Shown here: in pieces, positions 18,138-27,935 of the stretch
Layout: each line of letters starts with the position of its first letter
Numbering within the stretch: position 1 is the first letter of the stretch
Assembly (NCBI GenBank): GCA_965215365.1
Contig: CBDCDS010000003.1
Location: forward strand, 2,528,001 to 2,592,000
Length of the DNA: 64,000 nucleotides
Direction: 5' to 3'
Source: Gammaproteobacteria bacterium
GTDB taxonomy: Bacteria; Pseudomonadota; Gammaproteobacteria; Eutrophobiales; Eutrophobiaceae
Program-made: the position numbers and the translations under genes
The notes under the pieces: model-generated
Told to the model about the DNA's origin: nothing
Database searches by the model: none
The model's input: the letters and a program-made list of their open reading frames with translations, nothing else

Positions 18138-20487
18138 CGAACTTGCCCGACCCCAGGTGTTGCAAGCGGGTCATCATCGAGTCCATGCGCCGGGTGATGG
18201 AAGCCAGCTTCACCTTGTAGCCGGGGCTGCCCGTGTTCATCTTCTGTATTTCATGGTTGCCGGAATGCAGCAGAATTTTGCTGAATAGGCTCTGTTCCTC
18301 AGCACTCAGGGCGGCGCCGGGCGCTGGCACTGTACCGCCTGCCAGTTCAATCCGGGTTGCCAGAAACTTGATTTCCGCGTCCAGTTGTCCGGTTCGATCC
18401 TTACCGCTCTTGCAGTTGTATTGTGGGGCCAGACCCATGCGGCTAGCCAGTAACGCCAGCCGCGCCGGCAACGCGTAGGGGTCGTTGTTTTCCCGGTGAT
18501 GAGCCTTGGCCTGCCAGATGTCGCCGAGCTGGTCTGCCAATTGCCTGATAGTACGCGCGGTCTGGCTGTCCCCCTGGCCGTCACGTTGTAGCGCTTGCAA
18601 ATGTTCTGCGACCAGCCCGGACACTGGCGCTGCGCCCGGCTTGAAGTTCTCGCCCAGCAACAGCTTGATAGACGACCCGCTGATTGCGTCGGCCTTGCGC
18701 CAACTCCTGAGCAACCTGCTTGCCTTTCCCAGCGCCAGATCATTGACGCCAGCGCTGAAGGTGAGCGGCACGACCTCGACCATAACGGTTTGTTGCGCGC
18801 CGTCCTCCCGGGTGACGGTGACCGGAACCGCCTCCCTGGCAAGCGCTTGCAGCGCCTCGTCCTGATCCCGGGTCATGCGCAACTCATTGTAGTTTTCCAA
18901 GATGTTGAACGTCGCCGAGGCGGCCGCACGCATATAGTCCGGCGTGACCAGATTGATGCTGGGTAACACCATTTTTACGCGCGGCGGTTGCGCCGGGCTG
19001 CCAGCTGCCGCAGCCATGAGCCTGGCGTTATGTTGCAAGTGAAAGCGCACTAGGTCTTGCGCCCGGTTGTGATTGGCCTGTTTGCGCGCGGCCTTGCGTA
19101 ACCGGAAACCCTTGATGCTGAAGCGCGAGGTCATGTATTGGGCGCAACGCTCCACCCCAAGCCGCTTCGCCGGCTGTGGCAGCGTGGTTCTGATCAGGTC
19201 GTGCAGCTCCTGGCGTGGCAGGCGCCGCAGGTGCGGGGGGCGCATACCAAACGCGCACAGGACGCCGCAACGGGTTCCCTCGAACAGGGTCTTGCCGGCA
19301 GCATCCCGGAACTGGCTGTGCCACATGTTGGGCGTGCGTGTACAGGAGTGCGTATCGGAACACAACACCCCCGTGTTCTTGCCGGGCTGTGCCGACACAT
19401 CCGGCCTGAGCTCGCTGCGGTAGTCCTGGCCGGCGTGGTTGAAAGCCTGTTGTATTGGTTTGAAATCGGCGCGTAATGCTTGTTTCAGGTTTTCCTCAAG
19501 CCGTTTACCGGCCTTGGCGGGGTCGGCCATGGTCTTGAACAACCGCCGGTCGGCGGCGGCCACGATGCTGAGGTCGCTGGCCCGTTCTAGGCTACGGGCA
19601 ACCAGCAGGGAAGCCTTCTGCTCGGGTTTAAGCACACCGGCCGGCGAATGATCGGCGCCGATCAACTGCGGCGGCTGTGCCTCGGGATCATCAAGGTAGC
19701 GGTCCACCTGGCTTAGGAAAAATTCCCTGGCCGCGCGGTTTTGCGCTGCAGACGCCGACTTGTCGCCCAGGTATGCTGCCATTGCGCTATGTTGTAATTT
19801 GGCCCCGACCTTCAGGTCGCGGGCCGCTAGGGCGCCGGTAAATTGCGCGGGGTGCACCAGTTCCGCCGCCAGCCAGCTGGAATCGCCGCCGCCGCCGTCG
19901 GTATTCCGGTAAGCGGCAGGGTTGATGTCGGCGGCGTCTTGCAGCAGTTGCCGCGCCCGCCCGATCATATCAGGGTTGATGGCAAGGTGGTCGGCGCCGG
20001 CGCCGGGTTGTGCCTCTTGCAGCAGCTCCGCCAGGGTGGTCAGAGCTGCCTGCGCGCAGCGGGATTGGCGCTCAACCAGCGATGCCTCGGTGCCGGCCTC
20101 AGCGCGGTTGGCGGCGCGCGTCAGCCATTCTTCCAGCGCCGTGAGTTTGGGTGCCTCAGCGCCGCCGGCGCGGTGATTTCCGGTTACGTCGCCGGCGACT
20201 GCGGCGAGCTCCGCGCGCACCTCCTGCAGGTCTTGACTTAACCCGATAAGGTCATCCTGAGCGATGCCGAAGGCAGCGCTACCCAAGCCCGCCCCGGCCC
20301 TCGGATTGTCAAGCTCTTGTAAGGACAGCGGCGTTGCGCTGCGGGCGTTGAAGGCGGAGGTGTGCGCGCCGCCGGCGGTCACGGTGGCGGTGTTGTTGGA
20401 CGCCGCGAAGACCTGCTGGGCTGCAGCCGGTGCCGCGGCAGTTTCGGGGTTTGAGGCAGCTGTTACGGAAGTGCCGGGAGGCGCCAT
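18127..20487 (-). CDS. SopB/SigD/IpgD-family inositol-phosphate phosphatase effector
   Basis: Catalytic YNCKSGKDRTGQLDAEIK (CX5R), LLHSGNHEIQKMNTGSPGYK, NMWHS..FEGTRCGVL, FSAGVN; Ala/Ser/Thr-rich N-terminus. Confidence 0.92.
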   Translation of the reverse strand: MAPPGTSVTAASNPETAAAPAAAQQVFAASNNTATVTAGGAHTSAFNARSATPLSLQELDNPRAGAGLGSAAFGIAQDDLIGLSQDLQEVRAELAAVAGDVTGNHRAGGAEAPKLTALEEWLTRAANRAEAGTEASLVERQSRCAQAALTTLAELLQEAQPGAGADHLAINPDMIGRARQLLQDAADINPAAYRNTDGGGGDSSWLAAELVHPAQFTGALAARDLKVGAKLQHSAMAAYLGDKSASAAQNRAAREFFLSQVDRYLDDPEAQPPQLIGADHSPAGVLKPEQKASLLVARSLERASDLSIVAAADRRLFKTMADPAKAGKRLEENLKQALRADFKPIQQAFNHAGQDYRSELRPDVSAQPGKNTGVLCSDTHSCTRTPNMWHSQFRDAAGKTLFEGTRCGVLCAFGMRPPHLRRLPRQELHDLIRTTLPQPAKRLGVERCAQYMTSRFSIKGFRLRKAARKQANHNRAQDLVRFHLQHNARLMAAAAGSPAQPPRVKMVLPSINLVTPDYMRAAASATFNILENYNELRMTRDQDEALQALAREAVPVTVTREDGAQQTVMVEVVPLTFSAGVNDLALGKASRLLRSWRKADAISGSSIKLLLGENFKPGAAPVSGLVAEHLQALQRDGQGDSQTARTIRQLADQLGDIWQAKAHHRENNDPYALPARLALLASRMGLAPQYNCKSGKDRTGQLDAEIKFLATRIELAGGTVPAPGAALSAEEQSLFSKILLHSGNHEIQKMNTGSPGYKVKLASITRRMDSMMTRLQHLGSGKFVGA

Positions 20488-20509
20488 AGTGCTGTATCCT
20501 GCGTTGTAT

Positions 20510-20959
20510 TCAGGGCCTGAAGATGGCGAGGCCGCCGCCTAGAGCAACCGGCCGTGGCGCTTCGGCAAGGTGGGCAGTCAAGGCCTCTGCGCGGTTCACC
20601 AATGCTGCAAGCTGTTGTTCAAAAACATCCGGTGCGGACGGGTCTGCATCAACAAGAACCAGTGCCAATACCAGATGAGCTTCTGCCCCTGCACCATACA
20701 GGTTCAGGATGCACTCGTCAAGGTAAAGGTAGTTGAACAAATAGCTGCATGACTTCTCAATCAGTCGCTCCCGTTCTTCAGGTTGCGCCGGCAGGGGTGC
20801 CACCTCAGCTAATACGTAGAACTTGCCGAGCTCTTCAAACAGACTGACTTCGACGCCGTCGAATCCGAGCTGGTAGTGGTCGCGTGCGTCAGGCTCAGGC
20901 GTAGGCAGGCCATGTCTGGCGCAGAACTCACTCAGTAACTGCAAACCCGCTGTGTTCAT
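20510..20959 (-). CDS. Class I T3SS chaperone (CesT/YscB-like)
   Basis: LLSEFCARHGLP..., YQLGFDG, FEQQLAALVNRAE; directly upstream of the SopB-like effector. Confidence 0.75.
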   Translation of the reverse strand: MNTAGLQLLSEFCARHGLPTPEPDARDHYQLGFDGVEVSLFEELGKFYVLAEVAPLPAQPEERERLIEKSCSYLFNYLYLDECILNLYGAGAEAHLVLALVLVDADPSAPDVFEQQLAALVNRAEALTAHLAEAPRPVALGGGLAIFRP

Positions 20960-20968
20960 GGTCGGGAC

Positions 20969-21212
20969 TGGCCCGCAGCTCTCACCAAGTCGCTTGTTGC
21001 CTTGTGAAACATGATTGCTCTCAATAAGTGATGATCATACTGCTGCTCTTTCCACCTGACACACTGCGCTTGATGCGCCCTCGCGGGTCTTGGTTCTGCC
21101 TGCGGGCACGTGCTTCCTCAACCAGAGAACCACTATGCTCATCGTCGCAGGCACCCGCAGGCAGAACCCATCCGGCGCGATCTTCGCATCACCCGGTGAG
21201 ATCTGCGGGCTA
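20969..21212 (+). mobile_element. Repeat family B, copy 2 (244-bp MITE)
   Basis: Same length and TIRs as 12109-12352; the terminal TA forms part of the sctL stop codon. Confidence 0.88.
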
Positions 21213-21830
21213 TCCCGCAAAGTGTTCGGCAAGTGCCGCTTCGATGGCCTGCAGGAAGGTATCCAAGTTAGCCTCCACACTGCCCATGTCGCTTTCCAGG
21301 CGGCAGCCCGTGCCGCTGAGCGCGGCGTTTTCAATGATCTCCGCGCGCGGCAGCCCGGCGGACTGCATGGCCTCCTGGAGCTTTGCGCGCAGCTGCGAGG
21401 CCTCGGCGCTTGCCGGTATCTGGATCTTGACGTTGGCCTGCTCGCGGAATTGTTGCAGCCCGTTTTTGATCAGTCGGGTAACCAGCTCTGCGTCGTCATA
21501 GTCATCGAGGACGCGGCGCAAAGTCGTCATAACGATGCTGACCAGTGTTTGTTCTATCGAGGAGATGTATTCGATAACCTGGGCCGTGGCGGAAAAAATC
21601 AATTCCGCTTCCTGCGCCTTGGCCTGGCTCAGTCCCGCCTCATAACCTGCCTGTCGCTGCTGCTCATAGACCGCCTCTTGCGTTGCCTGTGCCTGACGTT
21701 GCCGTGCCGTGACCTCGTTCAACAACTGGCGCGCGTCCAGCCACAGGCGGTAATCCTCGGCCTTGATAATTTTACGGTCAAACGTAATCCGCTCCCGGTA
21801 ATCCGGTAATGAGATATACGGGTCAGTCAT
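21210..21830 (-). CDS. sctL: T3SS stator protein SctL
   Basis: KIIKAEDY, YEQQRQAGYEAG, GCRLESDMGSVEANLDTFL; J-K-L order. Confidence 0.9.
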   Translation of the reverse strand: MTDPYISLPDYRERITFDRKIIKAEDYRLWLDARQLLNEVTARQRQAQATQEAVYEQQRQAGYEAGLSQAKAQEAELIFSATAQVIEYISSIEQTLVSIVMTTLRRVLDDYDDAELVTRLIKNGLQQFREQANVKIQIPASAEASQLRAKLQEAMQSAGLPRAEIIENAALSGTGCRLESDMGSVEANLDTFLQAIEAALAEHFAG

Positions 21831-21846
21831 ACTCAACTGTTCATAC

Positions 21847-22560
21847 TTAACTGTCTTCCGGCGCCAGCAGGGCGCCGAGCAGTTTGCGGCCTTCATCGAC
21901 CAGGGTCGAGTCGTTCAGGTGGCGGCCGCAGTAAAGAGCGTAATCTTCCAGCTTCGACCAGCGCCGCAAGTCCGCATGCGCGGCACCGTGGCGCGCGGCC
22001 AGCCGCCGCAGCGCCAGTGGCTTCGGCCAGTTAAAATAAAACCGCCGTTTATAGGCGTCGGTTTCCCGGTGCAGTATATTGATCAGCAGCGTCAGCCCGG
22101 CGGCGTAAACCAGCACGCGACAACGCAGCAGGTTGTCGAACGGCAGGGCCGGCAAAAACTCTTCGGACACATACTTGTGGCGCAATGGCAGCCGCAACGC
22201 CAAGGCATAATCCGCCGGCCCGAAGGCCCGTAGCAGCCGGCGCTGTGGTGCTGCGGCAATCACCGGAGCCAGCCGCGCCCGGTAAATCACCAGCCCCAGC
22301 AGGGATGCCAGTCGCTTCTGCCGCGCATAGGGCAGCAAGGCCACGCGTTTGTACGGTTGCTCGAAATCGTAATCAAACTGCGCGTCTATGCCGTAATGAC
22401 GCAGGATTACTGTCGATAGTTTTGCCGCCGCCGGCGCTGCTGCAGCCTGCCGGAACAGCCGCGCCGGCAGGCCGGCGTGTGGCCACCAGCTGGCATGACA
22501 ATAGGAAACCGGATCAAGGTTGAACCTGACAACCGCCGCCGCCAGCGCCTCAGTGGTCAT
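21847..22560 (-). CDS. sctK: T3SS sorting platform protein SctK
   Basis: RFNLDPVSYCHASW motif; between sctJ and sctL. Confidence 0.75.
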   Translation of the reverse strand: MTTEALAAAVVRFNLDPVSYCHASWWPHAGLPARLFRQAAAAPAAAKLSTVILRHYGIDAQFDYDFEQPYKRVALLPYARQKRLASLLGLVIYRARLAPVIAAAPQRRLLRAFGPADYALALRLPLRHKYVSEEFLPALPFDNLLRCRVLVYAAGLTLLINILHRETDAYKRRFYFNWPKPLALRRLAARHGAAHADLRRWSKLEDYALYCGRHLNDSTLVDEGRKLLGALLAPEDS

Positions 22561-22602
22561 GGACGCCGCCGGGTCATTCAGCTGTCGCCGGTTGTGGTGT
22601 CG

Positions 22603-23367
22603 TCATTGTTTTGCCTGGCGGCGCAACAACAGGACGATGGTCGCAAGCAGTGCCGCGAGCAGTGCCAGGACAACGCCGACCAGCGCATAGAAACGACCGA
22701 CCGAGGCGGTTTCTATTTTCAGGTTGACCCCGCGCACCGTGCGCAAGCCGTCTTCGGCAAATACTTCTACCGGGTTGCTTCCCGCCGCCGCCGACAAGGT
22801 GACGGAGACATCCTGGTAAGCCAGATGGTTGATGCTACTGGAAACCAGTTGCCTGATTTTGGGAATTTCACTATCGAGATTGAATTCAGGATTGTATTTG
22901 ATGAACACTGCCGCCGACAGTTTTTCCGGGCCCACCTGCCTGTTGGCCCCGGCCGGCCTCCTACCGGCCTCTGCGTCCGGCATGGACAAGTGCACCTTGA
23001 CAAAAATCACGCCGTCAATTTTAGACAGGCTGGCGGAAATTTCCTGGGAAACGGCGAAGTTGAACCGCACCTTACGTTCAAAATCAGTGGTGACCAGACC
23101 GCTGTCGCCGAACACCTCGTTGACATTGGTGTAACGCTCCCACGGGTAACCTCGGGCATGCAGCAGGTTTACCGCCAGCGGCACCTGGCTCTTGGGCACG
23201 GAGATAACGATTCCTTCCTTGGCAACGGTCTTATCCGTTGCTATGCCATTCTCCAGCAGCAAGGCCATCATCTCATTGCTCTCCTGCTCGGTCAGGCTGT
23301 TATACAGCGACACCTTGCCGCAACCCGCAAGCAACAGCAACAGAAATGCCAAGTACCTGACCTGCAT
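22603..23367 (-). CDS. sctJ: T3SS inner-membrane ring lipoprotein SctJ
   Basis: Lipobox LAGC, LYNSLTEQESNEMMALL, SKIDGV..KVH, C-terminal TM. Confidence 0.95.
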   Translation of the reverse strand: MQVRYLAFLLLLLAGCGKVSLYNSLTEQESNEMMALLLENGIATDKTVAKEGIVISVPKSQVPLAVNLLHARGYPWERYTNVNEVFGDSGLVTTDFERKVRFNFAVSQEISASLSKIDGVIFVKVHLSMPDAEAGRRPAGANRQVGPEKLSAAVFIKYNPEFNLDSEIPKIRQLVSSSINHLAYQDVSVTLSAAAGSNPVEVFAEDGLRTVRGVNLKIETASVGRFYALVGVVLALLAALLATIVLLLRRQAKQ

Positions 23368-23411
23368 TGCTCATTGCCGCCCCGGGCATTGACCCCGATG
23401 CGTACGTGCCC

Positions 23412-23816
23412 TCAGCGCCTCAGCTCATCCTGTATGCTGCGCGCCATGCGCAAGGCGCCAGCGTCATCGGCATGCTCGAGCAGGTGTTGCGCTATCGTTT
23501 CCGCCTCGGACTTGTGTCCGGCCTGCATTAACACAAACGCCTGCATGGAGACGACCTCAGGGTCGGCCTGGGCGTCACGGTAGTCAATGCCGGCGCGCCG
23601 CAGCACGGCCACCGCCGCCGCCGCGTTATGGTCGTGACAAAGCAGTATCAGCGCTTCACACAGCGCGCTCGCCGGCCCACCCGGGCGCGCGGCCTTGTGC
23701 GCATTCACCAGCGCTTGCGCACAGTCCCGGGAGTAACCGGTGCAGGCACAGGTAAAGCCCAGTTCCAGTATCAGCGACAACGCGTCGCGGTGGCGTTCTT
23801 CGTTAAAATCAATCAT
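23412..23816 (-). CDS. Needle co-chaperone, YscG/EscG/SsaH-like TPR protein
   Basis: LILELGF pattern, helical TPR-like, directly downstream of the needle gene. Confidence 0.6.
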   Translation of the reverse strand: MIDFNEERHRDALSLILELGFTCACTGYSRDCAQALVNAHKAARPGGPASALCEALILLCHDHNAAAAVAVLRRAGIDYRDAQADPEVVSMQAFVLMQAGHKSEAETIAQHLLEHADDAGALRMARSIQDELRR

Positions 23817-23832
23817 AAGCAGGCGTTACCGG

Positions 23833-24057
23833 TCAGGCCTTCTGGGCGATGCTGGTCACTGAATTTTTCAAATCGGACACCATCGCCGAAGCCATCTTCA
23901 GCAAGGACTCAAAACTGCCTTCCGCCACCTGCAACTTCAGCATTGCACCCGGATCCGTGACATCCACCTCATTTAACATCTGGGCAATTTTATCACTTTG
24001 GGTGCTGATACCTTGGCCGACCTTGTCAGCCACGGAGGTAATATTCAAGCTGCTCAT
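23833..24057 (-). CDS. sctF: T3SS needle subunit SctF
   Basis: 74 aa, TDPGAMLKLQ turn, C-terminal SAMVSDLKNSVTSIAQK; strong GAGG RBS. Confidence 0.85.
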   Translation of the reverse strand: MSSLNITSVADKVGQGISTQSDKIAQMLNEVDVTDPGAMLKLQVAEGSFESLLKMASAMVSDLKNSVTSIAQKA

Positions 24058-24133
24058 TGCAAATTCCTCATGTTATTCAGTTCAATCCCCGCAGGCTAAC
24101 GCGCTCTTCACGCTAACTTGCTTTGGGGAGTCC

Positions 24134-24162
24134 ATTATATGATAATTTTTTTCGTAATTCAA
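24134..24162 (-). promoter_or_regulatory. Putative sigma70 promoter of the sctF-G-J-K-L operon
   Basis: TTGAAT-17 bp-TATAAT. Confidence 0.6.
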
Positions 24163-24166
24163 TGCC

Positions 24167-24200
24167 TGTGTCCAAGTTCAATACCTATGAGCCTCAAGGG
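24167..24200 (+). repeat. Repeat family C, terminal fragment
   Basis: TGTGTCCAAGTTCAATACCTATGAGCCTCAAGGG matches 13704 and the reverse complement of 55416-55449. Confidence 0.65.
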
Positions 24201-24324
24201 CCATAAAATGCCCTCATCTTGCAGCACGTAACAAGCCATTCTCATCAGCGGCTGTTTATGAGAAAATTTTGTACGGGGATAAACCGGGTTATCCGATCCA
24301 ATCAGCCCCCCGAACGACCGACAC

Positions 24325-27126
24325 ATGCACCTTTCCTGGAATGAAATCCGCGTACGCGCCGCCGCTTTTGTGCAGGAGTGGTGGAACACAGTACGCGAGT
24401 GTAGCGAAACCCAGAGTTTCTATAACGACTTCTTCGAGATATTCGGGGTCAAGCGCCGCACCGTTGCCCGCTATGAACAACATGTAAAGAAACTGGATAA
24501 CCGCTCCGGTTTTATCGATCTGTTCTGGCCCGGCGTGCTGATTGTTGAGCAAAAGAGTGTCGGGCGCAACCTTGCCGATGCTTACGAGCAGGCCGGCGCG
24601 TATTTCGATGCGCTGCAGGAGAGCGAGCGCCCGCGTTACATCCTGCTCAGCGATTTTCAGAGTTTTGAACTGTACGACCTCGATGAACGTCACACCCTGA
24701 CCTTTCCGCTCAAGGCGCTGCCCGAGCACATAACAGCGTTCGGTTTTATGCGGGGCGTGCAACGCCGGACTTTCCGCGACCAGGACCCGGTGAACATTCA
24801 GGCGGCCGAACGGGTCGGACGCTTGCACGATGCCTTGTTTGCAGCAGGGTATCAGGGCCATGACTTAGAGCGCCTGCTGGTGCGCCTGGTGTTCTGCCTG
24901 TTTGCTGACGATACCGGCATTTTTGAGCCGCGCGATAGCTTCCTCGACTTTATCGAGACGCGCACGGGGGAGGACGGTTCGGATACCGGCGCCCGGCTGA
25001 TGGAACTGTTCCAGGTACTCGATACGCCTGAACGCCAGCGTCAGACAACCCGCGATGAAGAGCTGCTCCGGTTCCCTTATATCAATGGTGAGTTGTTCGG
25101 CGACCCGCTGCGCATCCCGGCCTTTGATGCGGCCATGCGCCGGCTGCTGCTCGAGGCCTGTCAGTTCGACTGGTCCAACATATCGCCGGCGATTTTCGGC
25201 TCTTTGTTCCAGTCCATCATGGACCCGGCGGCGCGGCGCGCAACAGGCGCGCATTACACCACGGAGCAGAATATCCTGAAAGTCATTGAGCCATTGTTGT
25301 TAGATGACCTGCGCGCGCAATTGATGCGCCTGAAGTCACGCAAGGACCGCCACCGTATTGCTGAGCTACGGCGCTTTCAAGTCAAGCTGGGAGACTTGCG
25401 CTTCCTCGACCCGGCTTGCGGTTGCGGCAACTTTCTCATCATTGCCTACCGGGAATTGCGGTTGCTGGAACTGGAGGTGTTAAAAGAGCTGCAGCGCGCG
25501 CAAGCCGGGCAGCTGGAGCTGCTGTCACTGATTAACGTGGACCGGTTCTATGGCATAGAACTGAATGAGTTTCCGGCGCGCATTGCCGAGACGGCACTGT
25601 GGATGATGGATCACATCATGAATAACCGTATGAGCCTGGAGTTCGGGGAAGTGTATGTGCGCATTCCGCTTGAGCGGTCGCCGCATATCGTCCACGGTGA
25701 CGCCTTGGCCTTGGACTGGTCGGCATTACTGCCGCCGGCCAGGTGTTCTTTTGTGCTCGGCAACCCGCCGTTTGGCGGCGCCAAGTTTCAGACACCGGCC
25801 CAACGTGAGCAGGTGCGCAGCATCGCGGCGCTGGGCAAGCGCGGCGGCACGCTCGACTACGTGACCGCATGGTTCATCAAGGCCGGTGATTATGTGCAGA
25901 CCAGCGCTGCCCGCATCGGGTTTGTTGCCACCAACTCAATTACCCAGGGCGAGCAAGTGGGGCAACTCTGGCCCATCCTGTTTGACCGTTGCCAGCTGGA
26001 GATTGCCTTTGCACACCGAACCTTTGCCTGGGGGTCAGAGGCGCGCGGCAAGGCCAATGTCCATGTCGTGATTATCGGCTTGGACCAGCGCGAGCAGGCA
26101 CGAGCGGATAAACGGCTGTTCAGCTACCCCGATGTCAAGGGTGAGCCGGAAGAAACCGGGCACCCGGTCATATCGCCTTATTTGTTTGATGGCGGGGGTT
26201 TGACAGACCCATACATGACGGCGCTCAAAGAACCCCAACCAATCAACGGGATGAGAAAGCTGATTGTCGGGTCGAATCCACTTGATGGTGGTCACTATGT
26301 CTTTGGCCCCGAGGAACGAAAGGCTTTTCTCGCAATGGAACCGGATGCTGAACCGTTACTGCGTCCTTATGTCGGATCTCGCGAGTATTTGCAAGGCAAT
26401 AAGCGATGGGTTCTTGCTCTGCACAATGTGTCGCCAGCAATATTAGCGCGGTTGCCACGCGTTCGAGAGATTATCTCCATTGTCCGCACTTATCGAAAAA
26501 GCAGCAAAAGCTCATTTACTCAATCACTTGCAGAAACACCAACGATCTATCATTTGAATGTATTACCTCGGACTCCATTTCTAGTAATCCCCCAAACAAG
26601 TTCGGAACGACGGGATTATGTACCGATGGGCTGGTTGGAACCGCCAGTGATACCGAGCGTTAAATTGATTGTCTTGGAAAATGCCAGACTCGCTGACTTC
26701 GCCTTACTCACTTCCACAATGCACATGGCCTGGATGCGGACGGTAACAGGGCGTATGAAGAGCGACTATAGCTACTCCATCGGCCTCGTTTACAACACCT
26801 TCCCAACACCACCCGGCTTTGCGAGCAACAGCGCTGACCTCTCAAAATTAGAACCACTGGCGCAAGCCATCCTTGACGCCCGCGCCGCCCATCCGGGCGC
26901 AACACTGGCCGATCTCTATGACCCCGACCTCATGCCGCCGAACCTGCGCCGGGCACACCAGACCCTCGACCGCGCCATAGACCGCCTCTACCGTCACTCA
27001 GGCTTCGCCTCCGAACGCGAACGCGTCGAACACCTGTTCATGCTTTATGAGAAAATGCGGGTGCCCTTGGAAGCCGGAACTAACCCGCATATCTCACCAA
27101 GTCGCTTGTTGCCTTACGCAACATGA
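24325..27126 (+). CDS. MmeI-family (Type IIL/IIG) restriction-modification enzyme
   Basis: N-terminal nuclease (ETQSFYNDFF..FG, IDLFWPGVLIVEQKS), GAHYT, DPACGCGNF, GNPPF, C-terminal TRD (HMAWMR, LADLYDPDLMP). Confidence 0.92.
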   Translation: MHLSWNEIRVRAAAFVQEWWNTVRECSETQSFYNDFFEIFGVKRRTVARYEQHVKKLDNRSGFIDLFWPGVLIVEQKSVGRNLADAYEQAGAYFDALQESERPRYILLSDFQSFELYDLDERHTLTFPLKALPEHITAFGFMRGVQRRTFRDQDPVNIQAAERVGRLHDALFAAGYQGHDLERLLVRLVFCLFADDTGIFEPRDSFLDFIETRTGEDGSDTGARLMELFQVLDTPERQRQTTRDEELLRFPYINGELFGDPLRIPAFDAAMRRLLLEACQFDWSNISPAIFGSLFQSIMDPAARRATGAHYTTEQNILKVIEPLLLDDLRAQLMRLKSRKDRHRIAELRRFQVKLGDLRFLDPACGCGNFLIIAYRELRLLELEVLKELQRAQAGQLELLSLINVDRFYGIELNEFPARIAETALWMMDHIMNNRMSLEFGEVYVRIPLERSPHIVHGDALALDWSALLPPARCSFVLGNPPFGGAKFQTPAQREQVRSIAALGKRGGTLDYVTAWFIKAGDYVQTSAARIGFVATNSITQGEQVGQLWPILFDRCQLEIAFAHRTFAWGSEARGKANVHVVIIGLDQREQARADKRLFSYPDVKGEPEETGHPVISPYLFDGGGLTDPYMTALKEPQPINGMRKLIVGSNPLDGGHYVFGPEERKAFLAMEPDAEPLLRPYVGSREYLQGNKRWVLALHNVSPAILARLPRVREIISIVRTYRKSSKSSFTQSLAETPTIYHLNVLPRTPFLVIPQTSSERRDYVPMGWLEPPVIPSVKLIVLENARLADFALLTSTMHMAWMRTVTGRMKSDYSYSIGLVYNTFPTPPGFASNSADLSKLEPLAQAILDARAAHPGATLADLYDPDLMPPNLRRAHQTLDRAIDRLYRHSGFASERERVEHLFMLYEKMRVPLEAGTNPHISPSRLLPYAT

Positions 27127-27150
27127 TTGCTCTCAACAAGTTATGATCAT
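27081..27150 (+). repeat. Repeat family B, left-end fragment (~70 bp)
   Basis: TAACCCGCATATCTCACCAAGTCGCTTGTTGCCTT...TGATCATA; supplies the last 14 codons and stop of the MmeI-like gene. Confidence 0.8.
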
Positions 27151-27198
27151 AAGGTAGAATGCCGTTACACTCACCCCTCTGAAAAGAAGAGGCACAAA

Positions 27199-27408
27199 AT
27201 GAAAACCAGCCTGCATGCAATCCCGATTGGCGAAAAGATACAGCTAGTTGAGGATCTGTGGGACAGTATAGCCGCAGACCAAGACAACTTGCCACTGACT
27301 GATGAACAAAGGACTGAACTTGATCTACGTTTGGACGCTTATGAAACAGATAAAATCCAAGGCCGTGAAGCAAGTGATGTCATAGCAGAAATAAAGCAAA
27401 GACTGTGA
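27199..27408 (+). CDS. Addiction module antitoxin component
   Basis: EKIQLVEDLWDSI...ELDLRL signature; overlaps the toxin start (GTGA). Confidence 0.85.
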   Translation: MKTSLHAIPIGEKIQLVEDLWDSIAADQDNLPLTDEQRTELDLRLDAYETDKIQGREASDVIAEIKQRL

Positions 27409-27701
27409 GCTTCAGGGTATGTCTCCGACCGGAGGCGCAAACGGACATTGAATCTGCATCCGCTTGGTATAACAGGCAGCACAAAGGCCTGGGCGAAGAA
27501 TTCCTTGATGAAGTCCTGAACGTCTGCAGAACCATATCAAAGCACCCGAAGTTGTACCCTGTTGTCCACAGGCGCACCCGTCGCGCCGTCATCCGGCGGT
27601 TTCCATTTGGTATTTACTTCCGGGTTGAGGAAACGCGCATCGTAGTCGTGGCGGTTATGCACGGCAGTCGTCATCCAAAAAAATGGCAGCGACGCAGATA
27701 G
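27405..27701 (+). CDS. RelE/ParE family toxin
   Basis: EAQTDIESASAWY..GLGEEF, RRFPFGIYF, VVAVMHGSRHP. Confidence 0.9.
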   Translation: MSFRVCLRPEAQTDIESASAWYNRQHKGLGEEFLDEVLNVCRTISKHPKLYPVVHRRTRRAVIRRFPFGIYFRVEETRIVVVAVMHGSRHPKKWQRRR

Positions 27702-27935
27702 CTCCTGCCGGATTAGCCAAGAAATGCAACTCTCAATATGCTTGACGAACCCGGGTCAATGGCGGCAAGCAGTTCATCGAATTTCTCTATCGTGGGAATA
27801 CTTTTTCCGGTTTCATAACGGCCATAAGCATTGTAGGCATCGTAATTGTAGGTGTGCGGGTTGTCTTCAGTTCCCGCACCAGGATGGCATTTTTAGAGGT
27901 TCCCATAATATACCCGGTGTGCATGGAACGCGCGC

